DNA of 62,502 bases, counting the filler, from Dugesia japonica (lineage: Eukaryota), in the NCBI GenBank assembly GCA_001938525.1. It is 6 parts of 6 records of this genome, joined end to end, with 100 filler letters (N's around TTAATTAATTAA, not from the genome) between each part and the next. Parts side by side here need not be neighbours in the genome. Positions count along the whole stretch, not along the records: positions 29,796 to 39,371 come from MQRL01593801.1; positions 39,472 to 53,537 come from MQRL01600175.1; 4 more parts are not named here. One strand, 5' to 3'. The notes below the pieces were generated by a model that was not told where the DNA came from, did not search any database, and saw only the letters and a list, made by a program, of their open reading frames with translations. Shown here one piece after another: positions 37,590-49,982 of this stretch. Numbering within the stretch: position 1 is the stretch's first letter; every line of letters begins with the position of its first letter. Position numbers and translations under genes: made by a program.

Positions 37590-37920
37590 ATATTAAGGTG
37601 AAAAAAATTAACACGTCAGGTGTCACAGTTTACATTAAAGTATGAAATTTCACAGCTACTGTGACGTTATCCTTTGTTCCAAGTCTACACTTATCCAAAG
37701 TTCACACACCAAGGAAACATTTTACAATAAAGAGCGAAATTTCACAGCTACTGTGTAGCAGCATTTTTTGTTCCAGTCTACTACGTCGGGTGTCACAGTG
37801 TACATTAAAGTGTCGAATTTCACGGCTACTGTATCAGTAAACTACAACGGTTATCCAGTATACATTAAAGTGTGAAATTTCACGGCTAATGTATGGCAGT
37901 ATCCTTTGTTTCAGTCTACC
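37590..37920. repeat. Composite tandem repeat, ~32-bp core x4
   Basis: TACATTAAAGTGTGAAATTTCACRGCTACTGT-like cores at about 37631, 37722, 37801 and 37861. Confidence 0.85.
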
Positions 37921-38379
37921 CGTAACCATATACTCATATGATGTTACATATTTTTTATGTTAATGAAGTAATTTTATTCTGGTAATCATTCTCATTCTTG
38001 TAAAACTATACATATAAAAAATTTGTACTACTTAATTGTATCCAACTTTATAGAGTTAAACATTCAAAGCATTTATTTCTTAACAAAGTTTGCATCTAAA
38101 TTTTCGAAAAAATGTTAATAAAATAGAAATTTTCTATATAAAATAGTATATTATTTAAAATATATGACAAGGTTTTGTTGATGGGATAATGAGACAAAGA
38201 TATACACAAAATGTGGATTCAATAAATTTTTAAAACACGACCCCAAATTTCTTCATTCAGAAAATGCCAAATTTTCTCAATCTTTTTTTCTGACGAGTCA
38301 AATAGTAATGAAAAAGTAATTTTCATTAATTTTATTATTTTATACCCTTAGAATGAAGTTAGTTTTTTGTGAAAAACCG

Positions 38380-39371
38380 TGCATAAACGTTTCTTGATCT
38401 ACTTTATTAAGAAGAATAAAGTAGATCAAGAAACGTTTAACAAATATAAAGAAATAAGTTCTCGCAATAAACAAAAGAAAATAAGTATTCTGCTTAATGA
38501 AAAATCTAAGACTGAAGACAAAATCAAAATCAAAATAAATTCAAATCAAAGCTCTTGTACAACTATTCTTCCTTTCAAAAATCTTACTGGACATACNNNN
38601 NNNNNNNNNNNNNNNNNNNNNNNNNNNNNNNNNNNNNNNNNNNNNNNNNNNNNNNNNNNNNNNNNNNNNNNNNNNNAAATATTGCAATGATTAAAGCTTC
38701 CATTTACAGCTTAAAATGTCAATTAGATAGATTAAAAAATACAGCTAATGAAACATCTAATGATTCCTCAACGTTTTCATCGAAATGGAAGTATACACAA
38801 ACATTCAGACGCACGATACCAACTTACAATTCTCCTATTATGAAAATTGACAACAACATTGAGAACCTTCAATTTAAACTATTACAAACATAAAAACACA
38901 ATAAGAATAACAATAAAAAAAGTAATGAAAATCAAATTATAAAAGAAATTTAAAATAAATTATCATTACACCAACTGATAAAACAAATAAATTTGTAGCT
39001 CTATCTGAACAAACATACAATGAATTTTTTCTAAACATTTAAATAATTATGAAAAAATAGCCCACAAAAGACTACCAACTAAAGAAGAAATTAAATTCAA
39101 CAAACAATTAATCCAAATAGCAGAAAAATATGAAGACCCAATAAAATCTCTACTTTCATCNNNNNNNNNNNNNNNNNNNNNNNNNNNNNNNNNNNNNNNN
39201 NNNNNNNNNNNTCACAAAGAAATAATGAAAGGAAGACCTATTGTAAACGCTTCTGACACTTCTTCTACTGCATTATGCAAACTTTTGGCAGATATATAAA
39301 AATCAATATTAAATTTAATTCCGGCACATTTAAAGAACAGTTATGAGTTTATCGAACGAATTAAAAATTAT
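38380..39371 (+). pseudogene. Penelope-like RT N-terminal remnant
   Basis: HKEIMKGRPIVNAS..LCKLLADI..HLKNSYEFIERIK at 39213-39370. The upstream extent is inferred. Confidence 0.65.
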
Positions 39372-41310
39372 NNNNNNNNNNNNNNNNNNNNNNNNNNNNN
39401 NNNNNNNNNNNNNNNTTAATTAATTAANNNNNNNNNNNNNNNNNNNNNNNNNNNNNNNNNNNNNNNNNNNNTATATATATATATATATTGCAGTTTATAA
39501 TTATTTCTTGTAATTAAAAAATGACTAAACGAAAATTACCTTTGAAGGAATTCGAACAGGATTTCATAAAAACAGGTTGAATATTTATTAATTTTGTAAT
39601 TTTATTAATAAATTTATTTTGAGAATGTTAACGGATATTTTAAAAAAAACTGGGAATTCTTGAAGAAGCAAAAAAATCAATGATTCCGGATGTTATAATA
39701 AACCAGTATATAGCAGCTGAATTTTGCACACCTAACTGTATCGGGTGTGCAAATGTTAATCTTTTTGTTGCCATTGAGAAGTATCAGATAGAACTGCAGA
39801 ATTTCAACAATTATTTTTGTTTTTTATAGTGAACAGAGAATAAATATATTATTATTTAGTCTTTTATTTAGTTTGTATTTATAATTTAAAATTATAATTT
39901 AATCAAAATTAATCAGATTTTTTCATAAAGATATTTTTCAATAAAAATCATAACACCAATTAAACATTAAGTAAACAAATTTGGATCTTCTTTGAAATGT
40001 TTTTGATTTCCTATATAACTCCTACCGAATTAATTGATTTCTTAAAGCCTTTAATTTCAACTTGAATCACCCATTCACTGTCGTCTTCATAATTGTTTTC
40101 ATCACGTTCTTTAAAAGCTATATAAATAGCCTCACTGACTTCAACTTTCTTGCTTAATCTGGCAAAAATGGCTTCCAGTATATTTTTATCCTTCTCGTGA
40201 ATTCCAGATAGAAGCAAATTAAATTTGGATATTTTTATTGAAGCTGGTTTCTGAAATAAAATATTAATTTATAATAAAATGATAAAATGATACTTTGAAG
40301 TCATAGATAATCGAAGTCTTCAAAAAGAACATCTTGTAATTGTGGAAATCAGTAATTTTCCCAAGTTCCACAGTTATTGTTGANNNATGTTCCTTAATTA
40401 GTTGGTTTTCTAGCATTTTTTGAATTGTAAAAGTGATTTCTTTCATGGAAACATTTGCTTACATACTAGTTGCAATACACACATACTCGTTATTTGTGAG
40501 TTCCTATTGGTTAATATTTGCTATATTTGATATGATNNNNNNNNNNNNNNNNNNNNNNNNNNNNNNNNNNNNNNNNNNNNNNNNNNTTAATATTTGCTAT
40601 ATTTGATATGATTTGTTAATATTTCTTTTAAAGTTTATGATTGATTACCGGGCTTATATAAATAGATCCGGTTTTTAAAAAGAAAATTCACTAAAATGAA
40701 TGCTTTTGAGATGTATTTTGAAAGCTATGTCCAAGAAAAAAGAAGATATGAAAATTCCATTAACCAAAAANNAATAGAAAATATAATGGAAGCCAATGAT
40801 AACGAAACAATCAATATTAATGAAGAAATAAATGAAAACAAACTATTAAAGATGAAAAGATGGAAGATACATGCCATGAAAATGATGATAATGATGATGA
40901 TATTGAAAATGTAGACAAAACATATGAAATTATAGTAAGAAATTAATTTACTATTAGTTTATTTAATTTTCTGTTTAGTATTAGTGTTGGAGATATTACA
41001 TGAATGATTTGTTGTCGATAAATGAATAATTTAATCATTTATTGCGGATAACAGCAATAGACATGTTTCAAATTATGAACGATTTCATCATGGATCTTCC
41101 ATAGGATTTCCTTGGCCTTATAAATAAGACCCGTTATGAAATCATTAAAGAAAAAACTTTGAAAATGACTGAAAACGTTGAGAAATAAATGTTGTATTAA
41201 TAAATGTTTTAATAAATAATTCTTTCTTTTTATTTATTATTTTTTTTTAAATATGCAAACCACGATGGCAAATGTTTAATGCAAAATAAGTACCGCCATT
41301 TTAAATAAAA

Positions 41311-41360
41311 CTTTATTGTTATATATTTCGACTGATTAACCATCATCATCATACAAAAAG
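41311..41360 (-). ncRNA. Degenerate minimal hammerhead ribozyme (Penelope 3' region)
   Basis: TTGT-(A)TGATGA-T-GATGG..AGTC-GAAA-TATA-TA-ACAA. C3 is mutated. Helix III is the palindrome ATATAT. Confidence 0.55.
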
Positions 41361-41471
41361 GATATAAACGAGTTTATTACGTTTGTATTTTTCAAACAAA
41401 GATTAATACGATTATACTGAATATAAGACGGCTATAATTCTTAATNTTTTAGCAACTTTTCAATAAAAAGT

Positions 41472-41508
41472 CAATTCCTGACGAAGAGAAGATCGAAATA
41501 TCGAATTG
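41472..41508 (+). ncRNA. Minimal type I hammerhead ribozyme
   Basis: CAATTC-CTGACGA-AGAGAAGATC-GAAA-TA-TC-GAATTG: intact core, 6-bp helix I, palindromic ATAT, AUC triplet. Helix II is weak. Confidence 0.75.
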
Positions 41509-41760
41509 TTATCCAATATCAATAATTAAAACCTAAATTTTTATCAAAGCTTTTATATTAAATGAAATTTCAATAACAGATTTATTTATATAATAATATT
41601 TTAATAATGCTACCATCTAAGTTGTTTTTCCAAAATATTTAACTTTTTTAATTTTAGATTTTATTAAAACTTTTCAAAACCTATGAGAATTAAAATTTAA
41701 TTCAAAAAATAAAATAGAAAAATTTTAAAAGAAATTAAGATTTCAATAAAAATTGAAAAA

Positions 41761-42360
41761 TTACTTTATATACAAAACATTTTGAAAAAATTTAATTAAT
41801 TTAGTCGAATAAGCTGCCTGTACATTAATGCTTGAATTNTGAAATCTAATCATTAACGCCTCATACAATACTCTCTCCCAGTAATTCTTATATTGCTTAG
41901 ACAAAAGTTTTAAAATTGGAAATTTCAACATTCGCATTGTAATTACTTTTATTTTTATTTTTATGCTCAGCAATATTACTATCACCATCAAAACAATTAT
42001 GCTCTTGAAATCTTGTAGAGAGATGACAGACAGTCTCTTCATTGTATGTGGCATCACACCGATTATATTTAAATTGATAAACAAGGTTAGAACACAAACT
42101 ACCTGGTGTATGGGATTTATTAACACAGCTATTTACGATCTTATGTGAAGTAGAGACAGTTTTCAATAAAGAAAGATCCTTAGAAGCTTTCAGAATCGAA
42201 TTCCTAAACTTTATAAAACTTCCAGAATGAGAAATCGATAAAAAAAATGAACCAATACAATTTGATAAAATGTTATCAAATTTAGGGTATTCAAAAGGTA
42301 TTATTCAAATAATACGAATAATTATACAAAGATGAATGTAAGTCACGTAAATTCAATTGA
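41761..42360 (-). pseudogene. Penelope GIY-YIG endonuclease remnant
   Basis: LVYQFKYNRCDATY..T..LSTRFQEH..IAEH..YWERVLYEALMI..INVQ. Confidence 0.85.
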
Positions 42361-42599
42361 GAAATATTGGGAAAGATTGTGCATGTAGAGAAGACAAAGG
42401 TTTCTATTGTAATGATGGGTCAAATAATTATGAAGACGAATACCCAAATGGCCAAGGTCCAACCGACGTCGAGATTGTCGGAGCGTTGAATTAAGTATCC
42501 TGAAAAATCGCAGTATTGTTAATTATTGTAAAAGTAGTAATGATTTCAACAAACATATAAATTTGTTACCCTTACATTGATTATTTCTTCATTATTATT

Positions 42600-44850
42600 G
42601 GTTGGAATACTACAATGTCCATATGGTAAACTGTTTCTTGTTCTATTTAAACTCTTTTATTGTCAGTGTTAGTTAGTGCTATTTTTGAATCGTTAAAACT
42701 AATCAACTGATGATTTTTAGTCTCTATCCTTAATATTTTCAATGATACCTTTTTATTCTTGTTGTAAAAATCAGGATATGACTGATGGTTAATGCCACTA
42801 TCATTCAGTATTACAACTTTAGCTTTCATCGATAATTTTGCTAAAATGACTGTAACACGTAGGTATCAAGAACACCCATTCCTTATACTCATTACACTTA
42901 TTTTTATCTTTAAAGTTTCTTACAACTGAATTCAACTTATTACTATATAGAGGATGTGTTTAAATATAATTTTAACTATCAAGCAGATTATTACGAACCA
43001 TTAAGCCTAACAATATTTCTAATTTGATGTCTTTAACTTCAAGGAAGAAGCAATTGGTATTACAACACAGTAATCAAATCATCATCTATCTTAATAGATT
43101 TCGTAAACCCTGGTTTCCATGAACAAATTATAAGCATTTTAGCCAAATTACAAAGTCTAAAATTCATACATTTCTTAATGTTTTATGAAGATTTTCTATA
43201 CCGACTACTATTCAAGAGTTTATAATAATTATTATCGAGATCAAAATTACTTCGCGGTCTTAATTGCTCTTATTATCATCAATATATTTCTTAAAGATAT
43301 TGTCCTGTCTAAACTTAACTGCTCTATAAACATTATTTATTTCAACACCAACTGTAAGTACATTTGTAACAATCTTCAATGCACAACTTAATTGTTCTTA
43401 ATATAATGTGTTAGCAAGAATTTTTTAATTTTATATACAGGTGGACTTCGATGTTCAGCAGCAATAAGAAGATCATATAAATAGTTATGCAATACAGTAG
43501 CAATTTCTATATCAACCTCAAAAGTATATTTATAAGATATATAATCTAAGTCTAGAATCAAACAATCATTCAACAAGTCATCAAAACCAGAATAAGTCCA
43601 TTCAAAGTCCTTATAAGAAAGTTTTTGGCTTAAAGCCCAACCATACAGATTATTTATATAAATGTATAACAAGTCAGTGTTTTNNNNNNNNNNNNNNNNN
43701 NNCTTGTTAACAAATGTAAGACTTCGTCTAATACTATCCTCACAGAACATGTTCATGTCATTGCAAGTCAATAACTCAATTGGATTAGTTAAAATCATCG
43801 AGATAGAAGCCCATGACATGCTGAAATTCCAAAGATATTAAGCGGTTCAAGTCTATTGCAAGCTAAAGTTTTTTTCTAAATTGATGGAAGATATCAGCTA
43901 AAAGAAAAGCTTCGAGTTTTAAATAGATCGTCATATTGTCATATAGGTTATCACATCCAGTAATGTCCCACATTTTAAGGGCTTTATTATAAGATTCAGC
44001 TGTAATACCATCCTATTTAGGAGGCACTTCATATGTTTATTTTAATATCTGCAAACTGGAAGCAAACTCATATTGAAAAATCCCCTTAGATTTAAAAATT
44101 GTATCATTATTAAAATCAATAGAACGTAAAGGTGTAGAATTAATGGTTTTAACATCAGTTTTAAGAGAAGAACTAATAAACTGAATAAATGAACTTAATT
44201 ATAATGTTACCTATATGTGCAATAATACAAATAAATTTGTCTGCAGATGTAATAATAAAAGAGATGATTTATTCAGTTAAGCGATTGAAAACATTTTTGA
44301 GAACATGATGGAGATTATACCCTCTCAAATTGTGTAAAACAACAGGCAATTCAATTCAAATCTTTCTACTTAAGTTACACTTCGACCAAGAAGAATCTAT
44401 ATATCTGCCAGTAAAGTGATCATGATCACAAATTGGTTTAGTAAATTTCTTTTTACATACATAGGAAGTCTTAGAAGCTTTAAAATCAATTTCCTCAGAT
44501 GAAATAATCATATTTTCCTTATTTCCATTCTTTTTAAGTTATTAACCAGGAAAAGCCCTGCTAAAATAGGCAAGTGCTTATGAAGATATTTTCCATCCTT
44601 CTCAGGAATATACTCAATAACAAAACGAAGATGAAATTGCATTAGCAAAATCTTAAAACTACAAGTTTGGATCAGATGGCATTGTATAAAAGGTTGATAT
44701 TGTTTGGATTCTATTTCAAATACGAATATGACTCTTTAAAAGCAATATCATCAGTAATACCATTCAAGCGATTTTCACTCCATTTCTATCGTATTTTTAC
44801 ACCATCATCCTTTAGGTCTCTATTCAGCAACCTATAAAAATTTATAGCTG
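42600..44850 (-). pseudogene. Protein-primed family B DNA polymerase (Polinton pPolB)
   Basis: DHDHFTGRY..CNL, HNLRGY, KGIF, LLADIF, YINNLYGWALSQKL, KLLNS, C-terminal KNHQL..KIALTNTDNKR..PYGH. Heavily decayed. Confidence 0.88.
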
Positions 44851-45686
44851 CAGTGTAATGATATATTTTAATTTAAGATTAGTTTTTGGACCTCCTTCAA
44901 ACTTACTACTATGAATAACATCAAAATTCGCATATTTCTTAATGGCATCATTTTCATTATCAAAAAGGTTAATAAGGTTCTAAGAAAATAGATTTATGGA
45001 AAGACCAGGGTTATTTTTCTAAAATTTAGGAATATTAACTAACCTCATCGGTATATCTGATTCGTTAAAAACAAGTTTTTCAAAGAATTTTGTAGATTTT
45101 GAAGCTTGATATTAACTTTATTATGTTGAAGTATAGAAAGAATGCTATAGATGAAGCACATATTGTCTTTGTTTTAAATATTAAGAACAGCCTTTTTATT
45201 AAGGTGTTGGTACTATAAAATTCATCGTATGTACATAAACCTAATGTTTCACATTTAAGACATAAATAGTTTTTCGTTTCGTAATGAAAAAGACCATAGT
45301 ATTTCTCCATTTCTCATGACAATCTTCGTTATGTCTTCGATTAACACAATAATTTGTGCACATAGTGCAGATTTCTATAAAAAGCAACTTGTTAATCATA
45401 TATTTTTTATAGATATATAAAATAGTATTTAAGTAAATAATAACATTAACAAGTCTTAAAAAAATTGGTTAAATCTAAAACTTATTTNNNNNNNNNNNNN
45501 NNNNNNNNNNNNNNNNNNCTGAAATTTATAATTATAATTAAATTAAATATAAAAAATTAAATAGTAGTAGCATTTAAAATTAAAAGTGCAATTATGAAAT
45601 GAATAATTAACATGAAAAAAATTTTAAAAAACTTAAGTTCAACTTATTACAATAAATAAATAATTGACAACCATATTTTAAAATAT

Positions 45687-45735
45687 TTAATTGCTATCAA
45701 TTTTGACCGAAAAACCGTCATCGTCAGACAATTAA
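45687..45735 (-). ncRNA. Hammerhead ribozyme in Penelope pLTR (GAAA mutated to AAAA)
   Basis: TTAATTGT-CTGACGA-T-GACGG..CGGTC-AAAA-TTGA-TA-GCAATTAA, with an 8-bp helix I. Confidence 0.7.
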
Positions 45736-45809
45736 ACAATATTAAAACAAACTTTTTACAAAGTTTAAATGATTATATAATTTCAATTGTGCAATCTCAA
45801 TAAAAAGTT

Positions 45810-46148
45810 TCAATAAAATAATTTTAAGAGCGATGTTGAATACATCAACTGAACATTAATTTTAGGTTTTAATGCCTTTAAAAACAAAGCTTCGCACATC
45901 AATCTCTCCCAATAATTATTAAATCCACTGCACAGAATTTTAAAATCAGAATACCCTATTGATTTTGTACATTTTCTTCGATGCTCCACAATATTACTAT
46001 TAGTACTATTTCGACTATGCTCTTGAACTCTGGTGCAGAGATGACATGAAGTCCCTCCAATGTGTGTGGCGTTACACCCATTACATTTAAATTGATAGAC
46101 CAGATCAGAGCACAAGTCTAAAGAGGTTATAGATTTATTATTGAACAT
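45810..46148 (-). pseudogene. Penelope GIY-YIG endonuclease
   Basis: LVYQFKCNGCNATHIGGT..RVQEH..IVEH..ERLMCEAL..INVQ. Confidence 0.9.
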
Positions 46149-46720
46149 ATTTATAACCTTATGAGATTGAGAAACAATCTTTATATTNNAAATATTCTTA
46201 AGAGCATTTTCAATCGAAAGTTTGAATTTTTAAAAGCCTCAGAATAAGGTAAAGATAAAACAATTTTAGGATCCGTTTCTACAAACATAGATACATCATT
46301 ACGTGACAAGTCATTGTTAAGTTTATTCAAAGTTTCATAAACTAATTTGTCCGTAAACAATTTAGAATACCCATTATTATGAAGTAAGNNNNNNNNNNNN
46401 NNNNNNNNNNNNNNNNNNNNNNNNNNNNNNNNNNNNNNCCGTAAACAATTTAGAATACCCATTATTATGAAGTAAGTCAATTAATTTTTTTAGACTCTTG
46501 TCTGCTTTGATTTTAAAATTCTGTGCAGTGGATTTATTAATTATTGGGAGAGAGTGATGTGCGAAACTTTGTTCATAAGGGCATTAAAACCTAAAATTAA
46601 TATTCAGTTGATGGATTCAACTTCGCTCTTAAAANTATTTTATTGAAATTTTTTATTGAGATTGCTTAATTGAAATTATATAATCATTTAAACTTTGTAA
46701 AAAGTTTGTTTTAATAATGT

Positions 46721-46769
46721 TTAATTGTCTGACGATGACGGTTATCCGGTCGAAATTGATAGCAAATAA
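46721..46769 (+). ncRNA. Hammerhead ribozyme in inverted Penelope pLTR
   Basis: TTAATTGT-CTGACGA-T-GACGG-TTAT-CCGGTC-GAAA-TTGA-TA-GCAAATAA. Core intact. Confidence 0.8.
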
Positions 46770-48284
46770 ATATTTTAAAAAATGATTGTCAATTATTTAT
46801 TTAAAAAGATTACCGTTATTTTTTGAGTTATTACAATAAAGTTAAAAATTAATCATTACTTCAAAAATAATTACATTTAAAAAATTAAAAATAACTAACC
46901 TGTTTGAAATTTCATTAAATTATCAATTTGTTTAAAATTGTTGTGGTTCATAAAACAAGCATTAACTTCTTGCTTTGTCATAAAATTCTGATTCAATTCT
47001 TGATTCATTAGCAATTCATTATCATTGATCCTAATGTTTTCAGTGTTCTAGAAATATCAAATTAAATTAAATTCATTTAAAATAAATGCTTGAATTGACG
47101 TCAATTCATAAAAAACACAAAGTCGAAATATAGAATTATTTTTAAAATCCAAAAACAAAAGTATGATCGACGCTTTGATTTTAAATGAATTCTGAAAAAC
47201 GATCAATGGTTACGTCTAACAATTATTCTTACAATAATTGCAATTGTAAAGTTAAATTAAACATCATAATTACTTTATTGATTTTTCTCTTCATTGGGTT
47301 CATTCTCATATTGTAATTTATTTTTCTAATAATGTTATTGTTGATATGGTTGTTTTTAGTCTAAAATAAAAATCAAATATTTAAAAAATTTTTAAATTAT
47401 GACCTTCTATCTTAGTTTTAAATTATGACATAACACTATACATATATTTTATTTATACCCTAAAATATTTAATACACACTTACACACCTGCTTTTTAATT
47501 AAATTTGATGTGAATAAACAAAAAATATTCTTAATATCCTTAATGAAATTATTTTATATATTTATTAAATTTTCCAATTATTATTTTTATTTACACGTAA
47601 CACTATTATAATTATTATTAGACAATTAAATAGAAGAAATTATAGTAAAACCATAGATAATATTATAAAACTACGTGAAATTACTAAAAAGCCGTGTAAA
47701 ATATATTAAAACATCATATAAAATGCCATTATAAAGCCCCTATAAAACTATCATAAATCCCAAAAATTCACGAAAATCCATCACAAATCTCTTAAAAATT
47801 CATGAATTTCCAAAGTATACCTTAAAATCACTAAAACCCAAAAAATCGCCTAAAAGTTAATTAAAACATCACCAAAAATCCTAGAAATTCATGAAATATT
47901 AGGTAAAATCTTTAAAACCAATATAAAAACATAATAAAACCATGTAGAACTTATTATAATATCATAAAATACTATTATAAAACCCTTATAAAACTACTGC
48001 AAATCACTTGTAATTCATTTACTTTAAATTCCGGAAAAACCTGCAAATCCTTTGTAATTAATGAAAACTCTATAAATCCTTAAATTTCAAAAAAACCATA
48101 TATCAAACCATTAAAAATTCACATAAAATAAAATTAATTAAATTTTTAAATATACTTCATGAAGAATCTCAACGTTACAAATCTGTGTAATTTCATTTAG
48201 TTCATTACTAAGATAAAATGTTGAAACTATTAAATTCAAAATTAATTAGCACCCATATATTGTCTAAAGGACCTAAAAAACCAC

Positions 48285-48432
48285 TGTAACACAGAAAAGC
48301 CCATGTGTTTCAATAAAGCCAATAGACACAGTAAGCCCATGTGATACAGTAAAGCCTTTGTGTTTAATTAAATCCATGAATATAGTAAAACAGTAACACC
48401 AGTGTGTTTCAATAAAACCAATAGATAGAGTA
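48285..48432. repeat. ~18-bp minisatellite
   Basis: ACAGTAAAGCCCATGTG-like units. Confidence 0.7.
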
Positions 48433-48789
48433 AATTATTGGACATAACTGGTATGATTTTGTTATTTTTTAGTAAAATTTATTTGATAAGTGTAAGATTT
48501 ATTATTTTATAAGGTAAATAGTATATGCTTGTAATTTTACTTGAATTTAAAATTTATATACCTTTTCTAATGATTGTTGGGAATTTTACTATTATTTATC
48601 AGTGTAAATAAGTTTAAATCATTTTTAAAATTTTAATTAATTATTATTTATAAAAATGACTATTAATTATATTGTTTTTGTCACTATTATTATTAATTAT
48701 TATTATTAGTATTATTTTGATAATTATTTTAATTATCATTATTTTATTTTAATTATTTATTGTAATTAATTATTAATCTTTATTATTAT

Positions 48790-49150
48790 ATAGTAAATTA
48801 TATGCCATTGAGTAAATATTTTCTATTGAGTAAATTATATTCCTTTGAGGAAATTCTATTCTATTGAGTAAATTATATTCTATTGAGTAAATTTTATTCT
48901 ATTGAGTAAATTATATTTTATTGAGTAAATTATATTCCTTTGAGGAAATTCTATTCTATTGAGTAAATTATATTCTATTGAGTAAATTTTATTCTATTGA
49001 GTAAAATATATTTTATATAGTAAATTATATTCTATTGAGTAAATTATATTCCATTGAGTAAATTATATTCTATTCAGTAAATGAATAATTGAGTAAATGA
49101 ATGATTGAGTAAATAACTAACTGAGTAATATGTTTAAATTACTCAGTAAC
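48790..49150. repeat. 19-bp tandem repeat ATTGAGTAAATTATATTCT
   Basis: About 15 near-identical units with higher-order repetition, followed by shorter GAGTAAAT units. Confidence 0.92.
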
Positions 49151-49942
49151 TNNNNNNNNNNNNNNNNNNNNNNNNNNNNNNNNNNNNNNNNNAATAATAA
49201 AAATAATAATTTTCACATTAATACGTTTTCAGTAGTAGTTTATTAAGCCATTATAGATAGTTTTTCATTCAGAGTTAAACTATTTAAATATATTATAAAA
49301 ATTATTATTAATTTAATTACAATTATAATTTATAATTAATTATATAATTATATATTATTTCTAGAATGAAACATTTTAATACAGCAAATCATATATTAAA
49401 TATGTTAATACTTTTATTCTGAGTTCTACGATATCATAAGTATTTCCAGATTAAGTAATTTCTTTTATCCAAGGTGGATCAAGTCCTTTTGTGTGTGCAT
49501 TGGTGAAAATTCAAAATTCTAAAATGTTTCTAAAACGTTTCTTAATTTTCATGAATAAAATGTCAGCATGAATAAACTTTCTCCCTGTTGGAGAGAGGGC
49601 TAGTACGCCATCTTCTATCTACTAGTTTTTTGAAGCATAATAAAAGTTTATCCATAATTATGTTATGATATTTATTTTAATTTTTTAGTTTTGCAAAATG
49701 CAAATTTTTAGCAAAAATTAATTAACTGTATTATTTATTAAGTTCATTTTATGACTTGAATTACAACATTGGGTTTCTTTTAATAAATAAGATTTTCTTC
49801 TCAATAATCAATATTTTCTGTGTTTGTTTCAAATATATGTATATGATTTCTATATGTAAATAATAAATATCGAAAAAAATTGTTGTTTTATAGATATTCG
49901 AATTTTCAACTATTGTCTTCAAACATATCATATTCATAGATC

Positions 49943-49982
49943 GATATTCCTGAAGAAGACAAAAGTCAAAAATTCGTATATC
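49943..49982 (+). ncRNA. Degenerate minimal hammerhead (with inverted partial copy at 49877-49920)
   Basis: GATATTC-CTGAAGA-A-GAC-AAAA-GTC-AAAA-AT-TC-GTATATC. The inverted copy retains GAAA-AT-TC-GAATATC. Confidence 0.65.

Larger units (their letters stand above)
45653..46803 (-). mobile_element. 5'-truncated Penelope element with inverted pseudo-LTR
   Basis: GIY-YIG ORF plus RT thumb fragment. About 46507-46803 is an inverted copy of about 45653-45950. Confidence 0.88.

Noticed and set aside
37590-37920. CRISPR-like repeat/spacer appearance
   Set aside because: The spacers are unequal and share sequence, there are no cas genes, and the context is eukaryotic.
45563-45570. AGTAGTAG as a Polinton terminus
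   Set aside because: Wrong orientation for a right end, with no matching TIR or 6-bp TSD.
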